From a virus (lineage: Duplodnaviria; Caudoviricetes): a DNA stretch of 64,000 bases. The position numbers and the translations under genes are program-made. Where the stretch lies: positions 64,001 through 128,000 of the IMG/VR virus record IMGVR_UViG_3300026549_000043, one strand, 5' to 3'. The first letter of the stretch is position 1. The number at the start of each line of letters is the position of its first letter. Positions 27,210 to 39,041 of this stretch are shown here, one piece after another. The notes under the pieces were generated by a model. That model searched no databases. It saw only the letters and a program-made list of their open reading frames with translations, and was not told the DNA's origin.

Positions 27210-30200
27210 ATGAATAATATTTTAACTGAGGCCATCGGCGAAGATGGTTTAAACTTCAGAGATATTTATAATAATTTAATGGAATCAACACATAATTTTA
27301 CTGAAGAATCTGGTGATTTTAAATTTGATTCTAGTTTCGAAGCTAGCTTAGCTGAGAATATTTTAAAGGATAAATATTCAGAAGTTGAAATTAAACCATT
27401 AGACATGGATGACGAAAATGAATTATTTTATACAGTACTTTATAAAGATCCTATTATTAAAGAGGATTATAAAGATTTAGATTTTCAAGATAATAAAAAT
27501 CCTGAGGGTACTCCATTAGGTAGTTTTGGTGAATCATTACTTTCTGAAGGACAGAAACCAGCCCATTGGGCAGTTATTAAATCTTCAGGTGGTAGAGGTA
27601 AAAATGGTTGGATAACTAATATCTCTGTTGAGGCTATTCCAAGTGAAATTAAAGACATGAATAGCCTTAAAGGATTTAGTACTTGGGGACCTAATAATCA
27701 ACATGTATCAAATAGATATAAGGCTGATTCTCTAGGTATATTTTCAACCAAAAAAGAGGCTCTAGAAAAAGTAAAAGAATTATTACGTAAAGAGCCTAAC
27801 TATAGAGCCTTTGGAACCAACGCTGAAGAAGTAGAATTACTCGAAAAAATTATTAAGTTTGGCTCTAAATGGCAGGTGCAATCTGAGAAAGGTAAAAATA
27901 TGGGAACTTATAATACTAAAAAAGAAGCCGAAGACAGATTAAAACAGGTAGAATATTTTAAACATATAAATGAAGGTATTTTTAGTAATATTGGTAAAAC
28001 CGCAAAAATAGCTATGTTAGCTAAATGGGTTTCTAATCATGCTGATAAGGTTCAATATTGCTCTAAAAGGGATCAAGATCGCATATTAGAATTATTTAAT
28101 GATATTAAACAGTATTCTAAGAATATTGACATTTTTGATAATACTGAATTTGAAGATGGCGCTGTTGAAGATATTTTAGGCAAAATTGAAGACTGCTATG
28201 AAGATATAAAGGATATTATTAAAAATTCACAAATACATGAAAGTTTTGATTCTGATACTGTAGAAATTTCTTCAAAAATAAAAAATATTAATAATAAGAT
28301 TATTTCACTTTTAAATGGAAGTGATTTAATAAATGAAGACCGTAAGTCAGATATTGAATCTACCCTTTTAGATGGTGAACCTACTTTCGCTGAATATATG
28401 GAAGATAATTATGGCATTGATATCTATGATGATGAAATTGCCGAGAACCCTGATGTAGAAGATCATTACTTAAATGAGTATGAAAGCTATTTAGATCATT
28501 TATATGATTTAGATGATGAAAGTAATTATGATGCAGCCCACGCTGCTGAGTGGATGGAAAGATATCCTCATGGTTACTATAATAATGAGAATGACTATTG
28601 CGTTGATGATGAAGATGGTAGCCCAGATATTGATTTTGAAGAAGACGATGTTGACCCAGATCAATTCTTACAGGCTTACGAGTTAACTAAAGACATGGAC
28701 GAAGATGAAGCTTGGGAATCTATTTCTCAAAGATTCGATAAGGAAAAAGATCTTGGATTCTGGGGACCAGATGAAGCTGAAAGAGGTAAACATGAGGTAT
28801 TTGATTACTGGAAAGAAATTTCTTTAAAGGAAGACTTTGATCCAGAAGATCTTGTTATTGAATGTCCTCAATGTTTAAATGATTTAACTTTTGTTGGCTA
28901 TCAGGGTGATTTAATTGAATTTAAATGTGATAGCTGTGAAAATTATTTCTATATGGATCCTAATACTAAAGAATTACTTTCACCTACTGAACTAGATAAA
29001 AGATATTTAACCGAATCTACCAATGATCTTTATTATTTTAAGATTACAGGCCCAGTAAGAAAGCAGCGTGGGTGGTCTCCTGATGATGAACCTACAGTCT
29101 TTGTAACTGGAATCTGTGATGAATTAAAGGGTAGCAGAGGTTTTAGAGATGGTACTCACGAATTCCGTGAAAGTGATTTAGAACGTGTTGGAGCTAAGGT
29201 CGGTGATACCGTAGCCTGTCATGTTGATTGGGAAACAGATTATGATGGTCATCTAGAGTTAGAAGTAGACGTAGTCAAAAAAGTAGATGAAGTTTTAAAA
29301 GAAGCTAAGAATAAGAATTATAGAGTAGAGCTTTATTATTATGACAATAATAAACCTGACGATGTAATTTATTTCGAAAATACAAAAGCAGCTTATAATT
29401 TCTGTAATAATAAAATTTCAGATAATGCAGATTATGATGATGGCCTTACTGGTATTTTAGTATTTAATGAGGCTAAAGATAAATTATTAAATACCTGGCA
29501 AAATGGTAGCCGAGGATGGGAAAATAAATCTAAGGCATTAACTGAAGAAGTAAACTTACAGCCTGGAGACGTTAAGTGGTCTTGGTGGCTTCATAGATAT
29601 TTAATTTATAAGGGGTTTGATAAATTTTCAAATAAATATGAGTTTGAGGACTTTGGAGATGATTTATTTGACCTTACGGCAGAAGAAGTTTCAAAATTAA
29701 AGGATAAATATGTTAGTAAAAATGAATCTTTAGATGAAGCAAAGACTCAAGAGTATGAGTATACACTTTATAACACGTTTTCAAAGAATTCGTTCCATAA
29801 GAAAGTAAAGTGCTCTTCTAAAGAAGAAGCAAAGAAGATCGCTGATGATGAGTTAAAGAAACTCCAAAAGAATGGACACTTTAAAGACTTTGTTGTTAAA
29901 GGTGTAAAAGAGCTACAAGAGTCTTTAGATGAAGCCAAAAACGATACACTTAATGCTGACATCTGAGATGAAAATAATGAATTAAGACCTGAAGTTAGAG
30001 AAAAATTAAATTTAATTGTAGAAAAATTTAAAGATAATTTATCTGAAGATGGCGTAGATCTAGATATATCAGATATTATTATAGTAGGATCTAACGCTAA
30101 TTATAATTATACTGACAAATCAGATATTGATTTACATATTATAGCTAACTTAGATATTTATAAAGATAAAGAAGATTTAGCAAAAATTGTGTATAATGCT

Positions 30201-30329
30201 TATAGGCGTTTGTTTAATGATAAATTCGACCCTACCATAAGAGGGCATGAGGTTGAGTTGTTTGTAGAGTCGAATGAGGATGATAATGATAATAATATTC
30301 CTGATGAGGTAGAAAATAACGAAGAATAG
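27210..30329 (+). CDS. large acidic mosaic late protein with C-terminal pol-beta-type nucleotidyltransferase N-half (1039 aa)
   Basis: reads through TGA 29964 into GSNANYNYTDKSDIDLH; many (L/I)xE motifs; CPQC..CDSC Zn ribbon. Confidence 0.75.
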
Positions 30330-30345
30330 CAATAAGGAGAAGGAT

Positions 30346-31098
30346 ATGAAGGTTAATAAAATTACCAAAAATATTTCTGAATCAACATCTAATTCAAACG
30401 GAATTTATTCTTTAAATACTGGGTGGGTAAAGAAACCAGTAAAGGATGATATTCCAGAAGTAGATTTAGAACCTGATTTAACTGAGTGAAGAGACAGGGC
30501 CAAGAGCTGTAATTCTTTAGAAGATATAAATAGTTTTATAGATGATATTTATATCTTAAGACAGAATTCCATTATGAATGATGGAGAATATGGAAAAGGG
30601 AACTTGATTTTTAAAGAAATTAGAAATGAAGGCATATTACAAGAATTGAAAGATAAAAAGGTTAATTTAGAAAATAACGAAATGAGTATAAAAGAAGGAT
30701 TAAAAGATTTTTCTAATGATGTAATTGAAAAACTACTTACTAAATATTCAGATTGTTCAAAGGATGAATTAGATGATGTCTGGGATGAGATCGTAAGAGA
30801 TTATAACGATACTGATTTAGCTGATGAAGTATGTGAATTATTAGATATTAGACTTGATGATTTATATAGTGAATCATTAAAACCTATAAAAGAAGAACCA
30901 TTAGATTATAATGAAAGTGATATTTTTAAACAAAAAAATGAAGCCTGTATCAAAGAATATAGGCAGTGAGCTGGATTATCTGATGATGAATTAATCACTG
31001 AGGATAAAATAAATGAATGAGCTTTAAACCGTGTAAGCTGTAATAATAATTATGATTATAATGATTTAAAAGAAGTATTATGCGGTAATAATAAATAA
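30346..31098 (+). CDS. putative C-half of phage nucleotidyltransferase (three TGA=Trp)
   Basis: AGGAG RBS; SNGIYSL..GWVKKP and GEYGKGNLIFKEIRN. Confidence 0.65.
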
Positions 31099-31123
31099 GG
31101 AAAGATTGGGGAAATAGAATATT

Positions 31124-32200
31124 ATGAAATTAAAGGTTAAGAGACCAAAGAAATTGGTAGAATCAACTATTAATGAAGCTACCCTAGAAGATACTATTAA
31201 CGCTGCTGAAAAACAAATTGAAAACCCAGAAGTAGCTAGTTATAATTCTACTGGCCAGATTGAACAGGCTTTAGATAGAGCCCTCAAGGTTGCTGAGAGA
31301 ATGAAAAGAACTGGTGGTAATAACTATACTAATGTTTTACTTATTGGTGGTGCTGGTACTGGTAAAACTTCAGCAGTAAGAGACTGAGCTGCAGCTCATA
31401 ATATCAACTTAGTTATGCAAAACACTTCAACAATGGATGAAACAGACCTTACAGGTGTAGTAGCTAGAAGTGCTGAAGGAAACTCAACGGTTAAATTAAG
31501 ATCCGACGTTTTAAGAGGATTGAATGAACCTAGATCAGTATTATTTTTAGATGAATATAATAGAGGTAGAAGCTCAGTTAGAGGAACATTATTAACTTTA
31601 ATTAATGACCATTTAATTGATACTGGTACAGACCAGGAATCAAATATTAAGGGATTATCTGGTAAATTAGAATTAAAGAATATGTTATTTACCATTGCTG
31701 CTATTAACCCGGCTTCAGGTGAATATACTACAGATGAATTAGACCCTGCCGAAATTTCTCGTTTTAGAAGAATTGAAGTTAAGGCTGATAAAAAACATCT
31801 ATTAAATAATGTTTTAATTCCAAAGCTTACAAAACAGGCAGAAAATGGTACTGAAGAAGACCAGGAAATTATTGCCGGACAGATTAACCTAGCAACTAAG
31901 CTTTTATCTGATAAATCATTCCAGTTTGATAATGAAGAAGAAGAAAGACTTGGTTATCAGAAATTCGGAAGAGATTATACTCCATTAAGTCCAAGATCAT
32001 TTACTAACTTATTACAGGCTACAGATGGTACTAAGGAAGATTTCTTGTATTTATATAATGATTATTGTAACCCAATGAAAAAGATGACAATGGAAACAAT
32101 CTTATCTGATTATGAAGATATAGATGATAAAGCTAATTCTGTATTTAAAAAGAGAGAGAAATCAGCCGAAGAAAAATTAGACGATTTTCTAAATATGTAG
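31124..32200 (+). CDS. MoxR-like AAA+ ATPase
   Basis: GGAGTGKT Walker A, VRD[W]AA read-through at 31385, LFLDEYNR Walker B, AAIN, LDPAEISRF, SPRS. Confidence 0.88.
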
Positions 32201-32218
32201 TAAGGTAGGTGTTAACTT

Positions 32219-32815
32219 ATGGCAATGACCGAACGTGAGCGCCTAGGTAGAGATGTACTTATAAGATCATTAAGTAAACATGGATATGTAACTTATGGTA
32301 AATTATTAAGTAATTTCCATTTAAATTTTACTCATGACCCATCAGTTTTAGGTTATATGGAACCAAAGGCTGGAAGGATAGTTGTTAACTCAAGCCTTGA
32401 TATGGATCAAGTAGAAGTAATCATTAGACATGAAATTTTACACTTTTATTTAAACCATGCAGATAGAAGTTTGAAGAAGTTGGCATCATTAAAAGGAATT
32501 GATCCAAATAATATTGATGATATGACAGTCAAAGAATTAGAAAAAGAAATCTATGGTGATGCCGAGCAAACAGCTAACTGGGCAGCAGATTTTGATATTT
32601 CTAATCAAGGGTATACTGATAAAGATAAACAAATTATTAGAACCTTACATGGTTTAGTTACTGAAGACCACCATTCAGATTGGGTTGATTTGTCTATGGA
32701 AGAGATGTATGAAAAACTATTAAACGAAAGAAAAAATAAACAAAAGATAGTTTATGGTGCTTTCTTTAATCCAACTACATTTATAAGTCAGGATGGTAAA
32801 ATATATGGCAAATAG
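32219..32815 (+). CDS. putative metallopeptidase (DUF2201 N-terminal-like)
   Basis: HEILH, ANWAADFDI, LSMEEMYE. Confidence 0.75.
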   Translation: MAMTERERLGRDVLIRSLSKHGYVTYGKLLSNFHLNFTHDPSVLGYMEPKAGRIVVNSSLDMDQVEVIIRHEILHFYLNHADRSLKKLASLKGIDPNNIDDMTVKELEKEIYGDAEQTANWAADFDISNQGYTDKDKQIIRTLHGLVTEDHHSDWVDLSMEEMYEKLLNERKNKQKIVYGAFFNPTTFISQDGKIYGK

Positions 32816-33461
32816 ATTAGTAGAAAAAAGAGTTCATGGAAGATTTGTAAATGGAGTATTTGTTGATCATGACGGAAATCCAATTCCATTAGAACTTTCA
32901 AATATTGGATCTCAAGGGGGTAGTAATTCTCCAAGCAATAATAATCCTGATAATAATATCCCAGTTGATTCTGACGAAAATACTTTAGGTAATTCTAATT
33001 ACCAGTCTTCTGAGGGTGAGTCTAATGATGGAGATGAATCATCTCAAGATTCAAATAATAATCCTAGTAATGGTTCTAATTCTCAAAAACCAGGCCAGTC
33101 CTCTACAAATGGTAGTCAGCCATCTGAAGAAGAATCTGATTCTAATGATTCGAATTCTTCAAGCAGTAATTCATCTTCAGATGATTCAAGTGAGGATGAA
33201 GGTGATTCAAGTAGTAGTCAATCTGATAATAGTAAATCAGGTGATGATTCAACCAATGATTCAAGTGGATCTAGTTCTAGTCAAGAAAATTCTTCTAGCG
33301 ACCAATCTGATGATGACGATGACCAATCAGATGATGGATCTAACATGATGCCAAACATGAGTGAAAAAGAATCACCTGATCCAAATGCCATTTATGTAGA
33401 TCTTAATACTAATTTCCGTTATAAATGGAATGGAGAGGAGTTTGAGAAACTTGAAGACTAA
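32805..33461 (+). CDS. Ser/Asp/Asn-rich linker protein with short structured ends
   Basis: low-complexity centre flanked by two short aromatic motifs. Confidence 0.7.
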   Translation: MANRLVEKRVHGRFVNGVFVDHDGNPIPLELSNIGSQGGSNSPSNNNPDNNIPVDSDENTLGNSNYQSSEGESNDGDESSQDSNNNPSNGSNSQKPGQSSTNGSQPSEEESDSNDSNSSSSNSSSDDSSEDEGDSSSSQSDNSKSGDDSTNDSSGSSSSQENSSSDQSDDDDDQSDDGSNMMPNMSEKESPDPNAIYVDLNTNFRYKWNGEEFEKLED

Positions 33462-34344
33462 TTTGTTAGAAGAATTAAACGTATACATCGATGATGATAC
33501 AGGCGATGAATACGTCTATGATGGTAATAGGTTAATAAAAATAAAAGTTGGTTCACCTAAGGGTATTGGTGACAAAGGTGATGAAGATATCCAAGCTCAG
33601 GAAGAAATAGAAAGAGCTAAGGAAGCAGCTGAAGGCGGAGTACTAGAAACTAAGGATGAATTAGAAGCTAGAGTTAAAAAATTAGAAGACGCTTTAAATG
33701 ATGAAGAAGTTGCTAAAGAAATTACCAATGAGACAAATGAACATGTTGCTAGAGAAAAGATCAAAAAAGAACTAGACCGTTCAGAAAGAGAATTAAAACA
33801 ATTTAGAAATGATCCAATTGTTCAATTTGAAGGATCATTAAATCATTTTATTAGGAAACAAATAAAATTAGCTTCTGAACAAACCTACTCTAGATTAAAT
33901 AAAAGATATGAAGGAACTGGGTTAATCAGGAAGGGCGTAAAGAAATTTGAAAGCCCTGAAATACCTTTAGTAAATGTTTATTTTGATAGATCTGGTTCTT
34001 GGGATGAAGATAAAACTAAAGTAGGTAGACAGGCTTTAGCTACTTTAGAAAAATATATCAGAACTGGAAAATTAAAGGTAGCCATAAAATATTTTAATGA
34101 TAAGGTATTTGATACTTATATCCCAAACGGAATGGGAGGTACTTATGGCTCACCAATTCTGGCTGACATTTTAGCTACTAAACCAGATAACGTTATTGTT
34201 ATGACTGACTCAGACATCAGTGATTGTCAGGAATTTGTTCAAGTACCAGGTGTTGTTTGGTATTTATTTAAAGGTGGAGTTTCTGAAAATTTAAGAAGCC
34301 ATTTAACTGGTAAAGTAGCAACAGAATCTTATAATTTAGATTAA
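33451..34344 (+). CDS. vWA-domain protein (DUF2201 C-terminal-like)
   Basis: TYSRLNKR, YFDRSGS MIDAS, GGT, VIVMTD; probable TTG start after GGAG. Confidence 0.8.
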   Translation: MKTNLLEELNVYIDDDTGDEYVYDGNRLIKIKVGSPKGIGDKGDEDIQAQEEIERAKEAAEGGVLETKDELEARVKKLEDALNDEEVAKEITNETNEHVAREKIKKELDRSERELKQFRNDPIVQFEGSLNHFIRKQIKLASEQTYSRLNKRYEGTGLIRKGVKKFESPEIPLVNVYFDRSGSWDEDKTKVGRQALATLEKYIRTGKLKVAIKYFNDKVFDTYIPNGMGGTYGSPILADILATKPDNVIVMTDSDISDCQEFVQVPGVVWYLFKGGVSENLRSHLTGKVATESYNLD

Positions 34345-34355
34345 GAGGTAATTAG

Positions 34356-34883
34356 ATGGAATTAGATAAAAATTATGTAAAAACTGAAATACTAACAATT
34401 CCAGGTTTAAGAGAAAAAATTAGAGAAAATAAATATGACGAAGTATTTGATCTATGTAAAAGTACAGCTAAAAAAAGACAGCTAGCTGCCTCATTATACT
34501 TCGCCAAGGTTGATTTTCTAAAGTATATGACTAGAATACCAGATAGTTTGTTTAGAGAAATGGAAAATATGACTAGTATCACTATTCCAGGTAATATAAA
34601 AGAGATCGGTGATTTAGCCTTTTTTGGAACAGGACTTGAAGAAGTTAAATTTGAAGAAGGTCTCGAAAAAATTGGTAAGGGAGCCTTTTCTCAGACAAAA
34701 ATTAAAGAGGTACATTTACCAAAATCTGTTAAAGAACTAGGCCAAAGTGCTCTAGGTAAGGCTGTAGTATATTGTTTTTTAACTTCAGATAAAGTTATGG
34801 GACCTGAATTTAATTTTGGCCAGTTTACAGCAAATGATGTAATAAACCAGGAAACTGGGGAATTAGTTAAGGAACGTCGCTAA
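34356..34883 (+). CDS. BspA-type leucine-rich repeat protein
   Basis: ITIPGNIKEIGDLAF, IGKGAF, LPKSVKELG. Confidence 0.75.
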   Translation: MELDKNYVKTEILTIPGLREKIRENKYDEVFDLCKSTAKKRQLAASLYFAKVDFLKYMTRIPDSLFREMENMTSITIPGNIKEIGDLAFFGTGLEEVKFEEGLEKIGKGAFSQTKIKEVHLPKSVKELGQSALGKAVVYCFLTSDKVMGPEFNFGQFTANDVINQETGELVKERR

Positions 34884-34911
34884 ATTTATATATAATATAA
34901 AGAGGTAAAAC

Positions 34912-36828
34912 ATGAATAAAGAAGTTTTAAAAATGTTTTTAAACGAGGATTTAAATACTGAGGAATTAAACGAAGCTTTACCTAAGGCATTGGCCAACGC
35001 TTATAAGAATTCAGGTTTAGATCTCAAACAGAGAAAGAATATGAATCCTTATAATATAGTTGACAAGATAGATTTTCAGAATGCTCAGTATGATGAAATA
35101 TCCCCTGATGAAGGAAAAGAAGTTTGGAAGGATGACCCTCAATCATTGATTCTAGTAATTACTGGAGCTGATGGTAATGATCATGCCGTAAAATTCAGAA
35201 AAGATGGCAAGGTAGATATTGACCCAAATTATGGTAACTATAGATTTGATTTACCAAGAGATAAGGCCTATGTTAAGAGAGATGGTACTAGAGTAGTAGA
35301 TGTATTTAAGGCAAAGATCAATCATCTTTTGAGTATAGCTAAAAAGATCTATAAATCAAATGAACATTTGGTTAAAAAAGATCAAGACTTACTTGATACT
35401 AGAAAACAAAATCCAGAATCTCCTAGAAATACTGATTTAGATAAACGTAATATTATTTCTGATGCACAAGATGCAGGAAGAAAATCTCTAGTTTTATTAA
35501 ATAAATTAAAGGATCCATATGGTGTTTTTGGAAGAAATAGAGCTCTTAAATTAATCCCAGATGAAATTAAATATGACGAGGATACTGGAAAATCAACTTG
35601 GGTATCAAGCTATGGTGGAACTCATTCTGCTGATGAGTGGAAGTCTATGTTTATAGACTATTTCAACAGATGGGGATCAGCAGATTACGATACTTTTAAT
35701 ACATGGTTGGCTTATTTATTAGCTGTCCAAAAAGGTGATAGAACCTATCGTAACCCTACCGAAAAAGAAATCAAAGACTGGTATAATCTTAGTGATAACT
35801 GGAGAAAAGATGCTAAAGCTAAAATTAGATATCTAGATGCAGAACGTGCTCTAAGAGAACCTAAGGATAGAGTAACTAAGGCTATCCACGATGCTAAACA
35901 GCTAGAATATCAATTAAAGAATTCTCAAAGTAATAAAGATTCATTTATTTCTCCAGAAAGAAGAGCTAGCAGAGAAGCTGATATTACTTGGTATATTAAT
36001 AGATATAAATCACGTTTAATGGATATCCTAAAAGAATTAGAAGAATATGAAATGAGACTTGATGATTTAGATGCTGAAGATGCTAAGAAGGTTAAAGAGT
36101 TTGATGATGAAATAGCTGATTTAACTAAAAAGATCGCTGATGCAAAACAGGAGTATACAAACACTATGAATAATGGGGCTTATACAAATTCTGCTTTCGG
36201 TAGAAAGGTACCAGAAAGTTTACAGGAAGAAAAATCATTAGATGAATTGGTTGATATCCTTGCTAACAGACGTAGCCAGAATGAAGATCTAACTGAAGAT
36301 TTCACTGATGATGAAAGAAAGTTAGCTTTAGCTGAATATTTAAATATTGATCCAGAAGAAGTAGATGAATTAGATAGATTTGATTTTGATACACCAGAAG
36401 GTGAATATTTAGTTCTCACCGAAGAGGAAGGCTATGACAGGGCTATGGATGAGGTAAAGATGACCTTAGATGATTTAGGTTTAGAGGCCTTTACTCCTAA
36501 TTTCCAGAAAGAAATTTTAGATAATTATATTAAGGATGATGTCATTGATTCTTTCATCGATGATGAAATTGAATATTTCGAAACACAAGAAAATGATCCA
36601 GAACAGTTAGAATATCTTAGAAGCTTAGATACAAAGGAATCTAAATTAGATTATATTAGAGATATCTTTGGAGACTTATCCGATTTTATCGATAGTAGAG
36701 AAGCCTTAGATGAAGATGAAGTAGCAAGAGCTGCCGTTGATACTGATGGAGTTGCTCATTTCATCGCTTATTACGATGGTGAGGAAAATGAATTAGGTAA
36801 TGGCTATTTTGCTTACCGTATAAATTAA
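34912..36828 (+). CDS. acidic/coiled-coil late protein, possible internal head protein
   Basis: follows the GCTAAATT motif; FLNE, LNEA, ESLQEE, LTED. Confidence 0.65.
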   Translation: MNKEVLKMFLNEDLNTEELNEALPKALANAYKNSGLDLKQRKNMNPYNIVDKIDFQNAQYDEISPDEGKEVWKDDPQSLILVITGADGNDHAVKFRKDGKVDIDPNYGNYRFDLPRDKAYVKRDGTRVVDVFKAKINHLLSIAKKIYKSNEHLVKKDQDLLDTRKQNPESPRNTDLDKRNIISDAQDAGRKSLVLLNKLKDPYGVFGRNRALKLIPDEIKYDEDTGKSTWVSSYGGTHSADEWKSMFIDYFNRWGSADYDTFNTWLAYLLAVQKGDRTYRNPTEKEIKDWYNLSDNWRKDAKAKIRYLDAERALREPKDRVTKAIHDAKQLEYQLKNSQSNKDSFISPERRASREADITWYINRYKSRLMDILKELEEYEMRLDDLDAEDAKKVKEFDDEIADLTKKIADAKQEYTNTMNNGAYTNSAFGRKVPESLQEEKSLDELVDILANRRSQNEDLTEDFTDDERKLALAEYLNIDPEEVDELDRFDFDTPEGEYLVLTEEEGYDRAMDEVKMTLDDLGLEAFTPNFQKEILDNYIKDDVIDSFIDDEIEYFETQENDPEQLEYLRSLDTKESKLDYIRDIFGDLSDFIDSREALDEDEVARAAVDTDGVAHFIAYYDGEENELGNGYFAYRIN

Positions 36829-36843
36829 GGAGAATTAAATATT

Positions 36844-37179
36844 ATGATTATTAATGGAATTGATGTTACCCCAATTATTACAGCTATCATCGAAGTATTA
36901 GCCGGAGTAGTAATTACTTTAATTTCTACTAAAGTTATCCCTTATATCCATTCAAAGGTAGATCAGGAACAGCTTGAGTTTATTAAATCAGTAGTTAAAA
37001 TTGCAGTTAAGGCTGCTGAGCAATTATTTGAAAAGGCTCAGGGTGCTGAAAAACTTGAATATGCCATGAATATGGTTTTATCTGCTTTAAAAGAAAAGGG
37101 TATTGAAATTAATAAGGATTTATTAAGAAGTTATATCGAGGCTGCAGTTTTAGAATTACATAGAGCTTTGGAGGATTAA
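36844..37179 (+). CDS. phage holin (LL-H-like)
   Basis: N-terminal TM; AVKAAEQ..GAEK..IEAAV. Confidence 0.75.
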   Translation: MIINGIDVTPIITAIIEVLAGVVITLISTKVIPYIHSKVDQEQLEFIKSVVKIAVKAAEQLFEKAQGAEKLEYAMNMVLSALKEKGIEINKDLLRSYIEAAVLELHRALED

Positions 37180-37181
37180 TA

Positions 37182-37901
37182 ATGGACATTGATATTATTA
37201 ATCAAGCCTGGCCTTATGTAAAAAATTACATGGACTGATATTTAAATCCTGAACTAAATACACCTGTTTCAGAACAGGCTGAAGAAGAAGGAAAATCATT
37301 CAATGAAGTAGTAAGATATAATTTATTTGAGGATCCAGATACCTGGACAGATCCTGAAGTGGGAATAATTTATACTGGATGGTATGAAGACCCAGATTTA
37401 TATGAATACCTATCTTATTATGATGAAGATGATCCTGGTTATAGTGAATTAATTGATAGCTTAGTATCTAGGGCTAAAGACTATGTTTCTAATATTCTAG
37501 ATGGTAAAGATACGAATGAAGAAATTATAACAGAAGCTAAATCAAAAAACCCAGAAGAATTAGAAATAGAGACCGAAACAATTAAATCAGATCTTGAAGA
37601 CTTTGGCCCTGAAGGATTTTATGCTGTATCATTTGATAGATTCTCAAGAGAATTCCCAGAATTTACAAATACAGTAGTAAAAACTTTCTTATTAGATATG
37701 GGCATCTTAAATGAAGATGAATTAAATAACATTGATAATTTAGGTGATGAAGATGGTAATTATTGGAGTACTGGCCGATTGATTTTCCCTTCAGACTGAG
37801 AAGCTTTAATCGATGGAGCTGAAAGATTATATACTTTTAGGAAAGATAAAGGAATTCAGTGGGAAAAAATTTATAAATCTCATTATAAACCACAAAATTA
37901 A
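37182..37901 (+). CDS. acidic hypothetical protein (two TGA=Trp)
   Basis: GGAGG RBS and ATG 37182 in frame with track ORF 37359 through TGA 37236; second TGA at 37797. Confidence 0.7.
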
Positions 37902-37907
37902 TAAATT

Positions 37908-37940
37908 TAAAGAACTGTAGTTTACAGTTCTTTTATTTTT
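37908..37940 (+). terminator. intrinsic terminator overlapping a SigA-type promoter
   Basis: AAAGAACTGTA/TACAGTTCTTT stem. Confidence 0.6.
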
Positions 37941-38222
37941 AGTATATAATAATAATGTAAATAAAAGAGGTAGAACTTATGATAAAAGAAATTAAAAATA
38001 AAATTATGGCTTGTATTATATTATCTTTTACTGATTTATTATTACTAGTTTATTTATATATTTATATTACAACACGAGTATTAAACCATTAATAGGGTTT
38101 AAACATAAAAATTTCCTCTCTTTTTAAAAATAGTAAACATAAGTTTACTATTTTTATTGCTTTTGTATAATATCTTGTAGCTAAATTAATATATAATCAA
38201 TAGGAATATAAGGAGGCTTAAT

Positions 38223-39041
38223 ATGGCTAATAATATATCAGAGGAAATGGTATTACCTCTAGAAGATGGTGAAGATCTTTTACCTGACGCAACAAAAATA
38301 GCTGATGATTCTAAGAAAGAAGATAATAAAATTCTTAAAAAAGCAGAAGACGCTGTTGAAGAAATCAATGAACCAAAGGGAGTAGATACTCCAGAAGAAG
38401 TTGAATTAAAAGTTATTCAGGAAAGCTTAATCCTTAGAGAAGATTTAGATGACGGCGAATATTTTGATTTAGTCCATGATTTATATCATGCTATGTTACC
38501 AGTCTGCAAAAAATATGCTAGATATACTGATGCTAACTATGAAGATTTTGAAAGAGCTATCTCTGAAGCATCTGAAAGATTAATCGAAGATGAATCTGAT
38601 CTATGGGAATCTTTAGATGAAGACGTAAATAATCATAACTTAAAAAATGATGTTTATAATTCTCTGTCAGATGTAGCTTATAATTATGAAGTTGAGAAAG
38701 AAGTCCCAGTAACTAAAAATGATTTTAAGGAAGCTACTGATTATTTTATTGATAAGTTTTTTGAATCAGTAGATGAATCAGCAGATACTAATGACGTTTT
38801 GGAAGAAGATTTTAAATTAATTAAACCTTTATCTGATTATCAACCTTGGTCAGGTGCTATTCAGACATGGTCATTAATTAAAGATGCAAATAAGTTAGAT
38901 GAACTTGATTCATTATTAGAAGAAGTTTACCCTGAGGGTTTAGATGAAACTGAACTTAATGATTTATTATGGTTTGAACCTGAGTGGATTCTTGAATCAC
39001 TTGGGATAAGTGATGAGGATATGTATAGTAATGAAGACTAA
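38223..39041 (+). CDS. acidic late protein with LxE motifs
   Basis: ISEE, IQES, LRED, ESLDE, VLEE. Confidence 0.7.
   Translation: MANNISEEMVLPLEDGEDLLPDATKIADDSKKEDNKILKKAEDAVEEINEPKGVDTPEEVELKVIQESLILREDLDDGEYFDLVHDLYHAMLPVCKKYARYTDANYEDFERAISEASERLIEDESDLWESLDEDVNNHNLKNDVYNSLSDVAYNYEVEKEVPVTKNDFKEATDYFIDKFFESVDESADTNDVLEEDFKLIKPLSDYQPWSGAIQTWSLIKDANKLDELDSLLEEVYPEGLDETELNDLLWFEPEWILESLGISDEDMYSNED

Noticed and set aside
33016-33348. Alternative-frame plus-strand ORFs (33016..33348, 42164..42361, 771..977, 2031..2219)
   Set aside because: They are out-of-frame by-products of the overlapping real genes.
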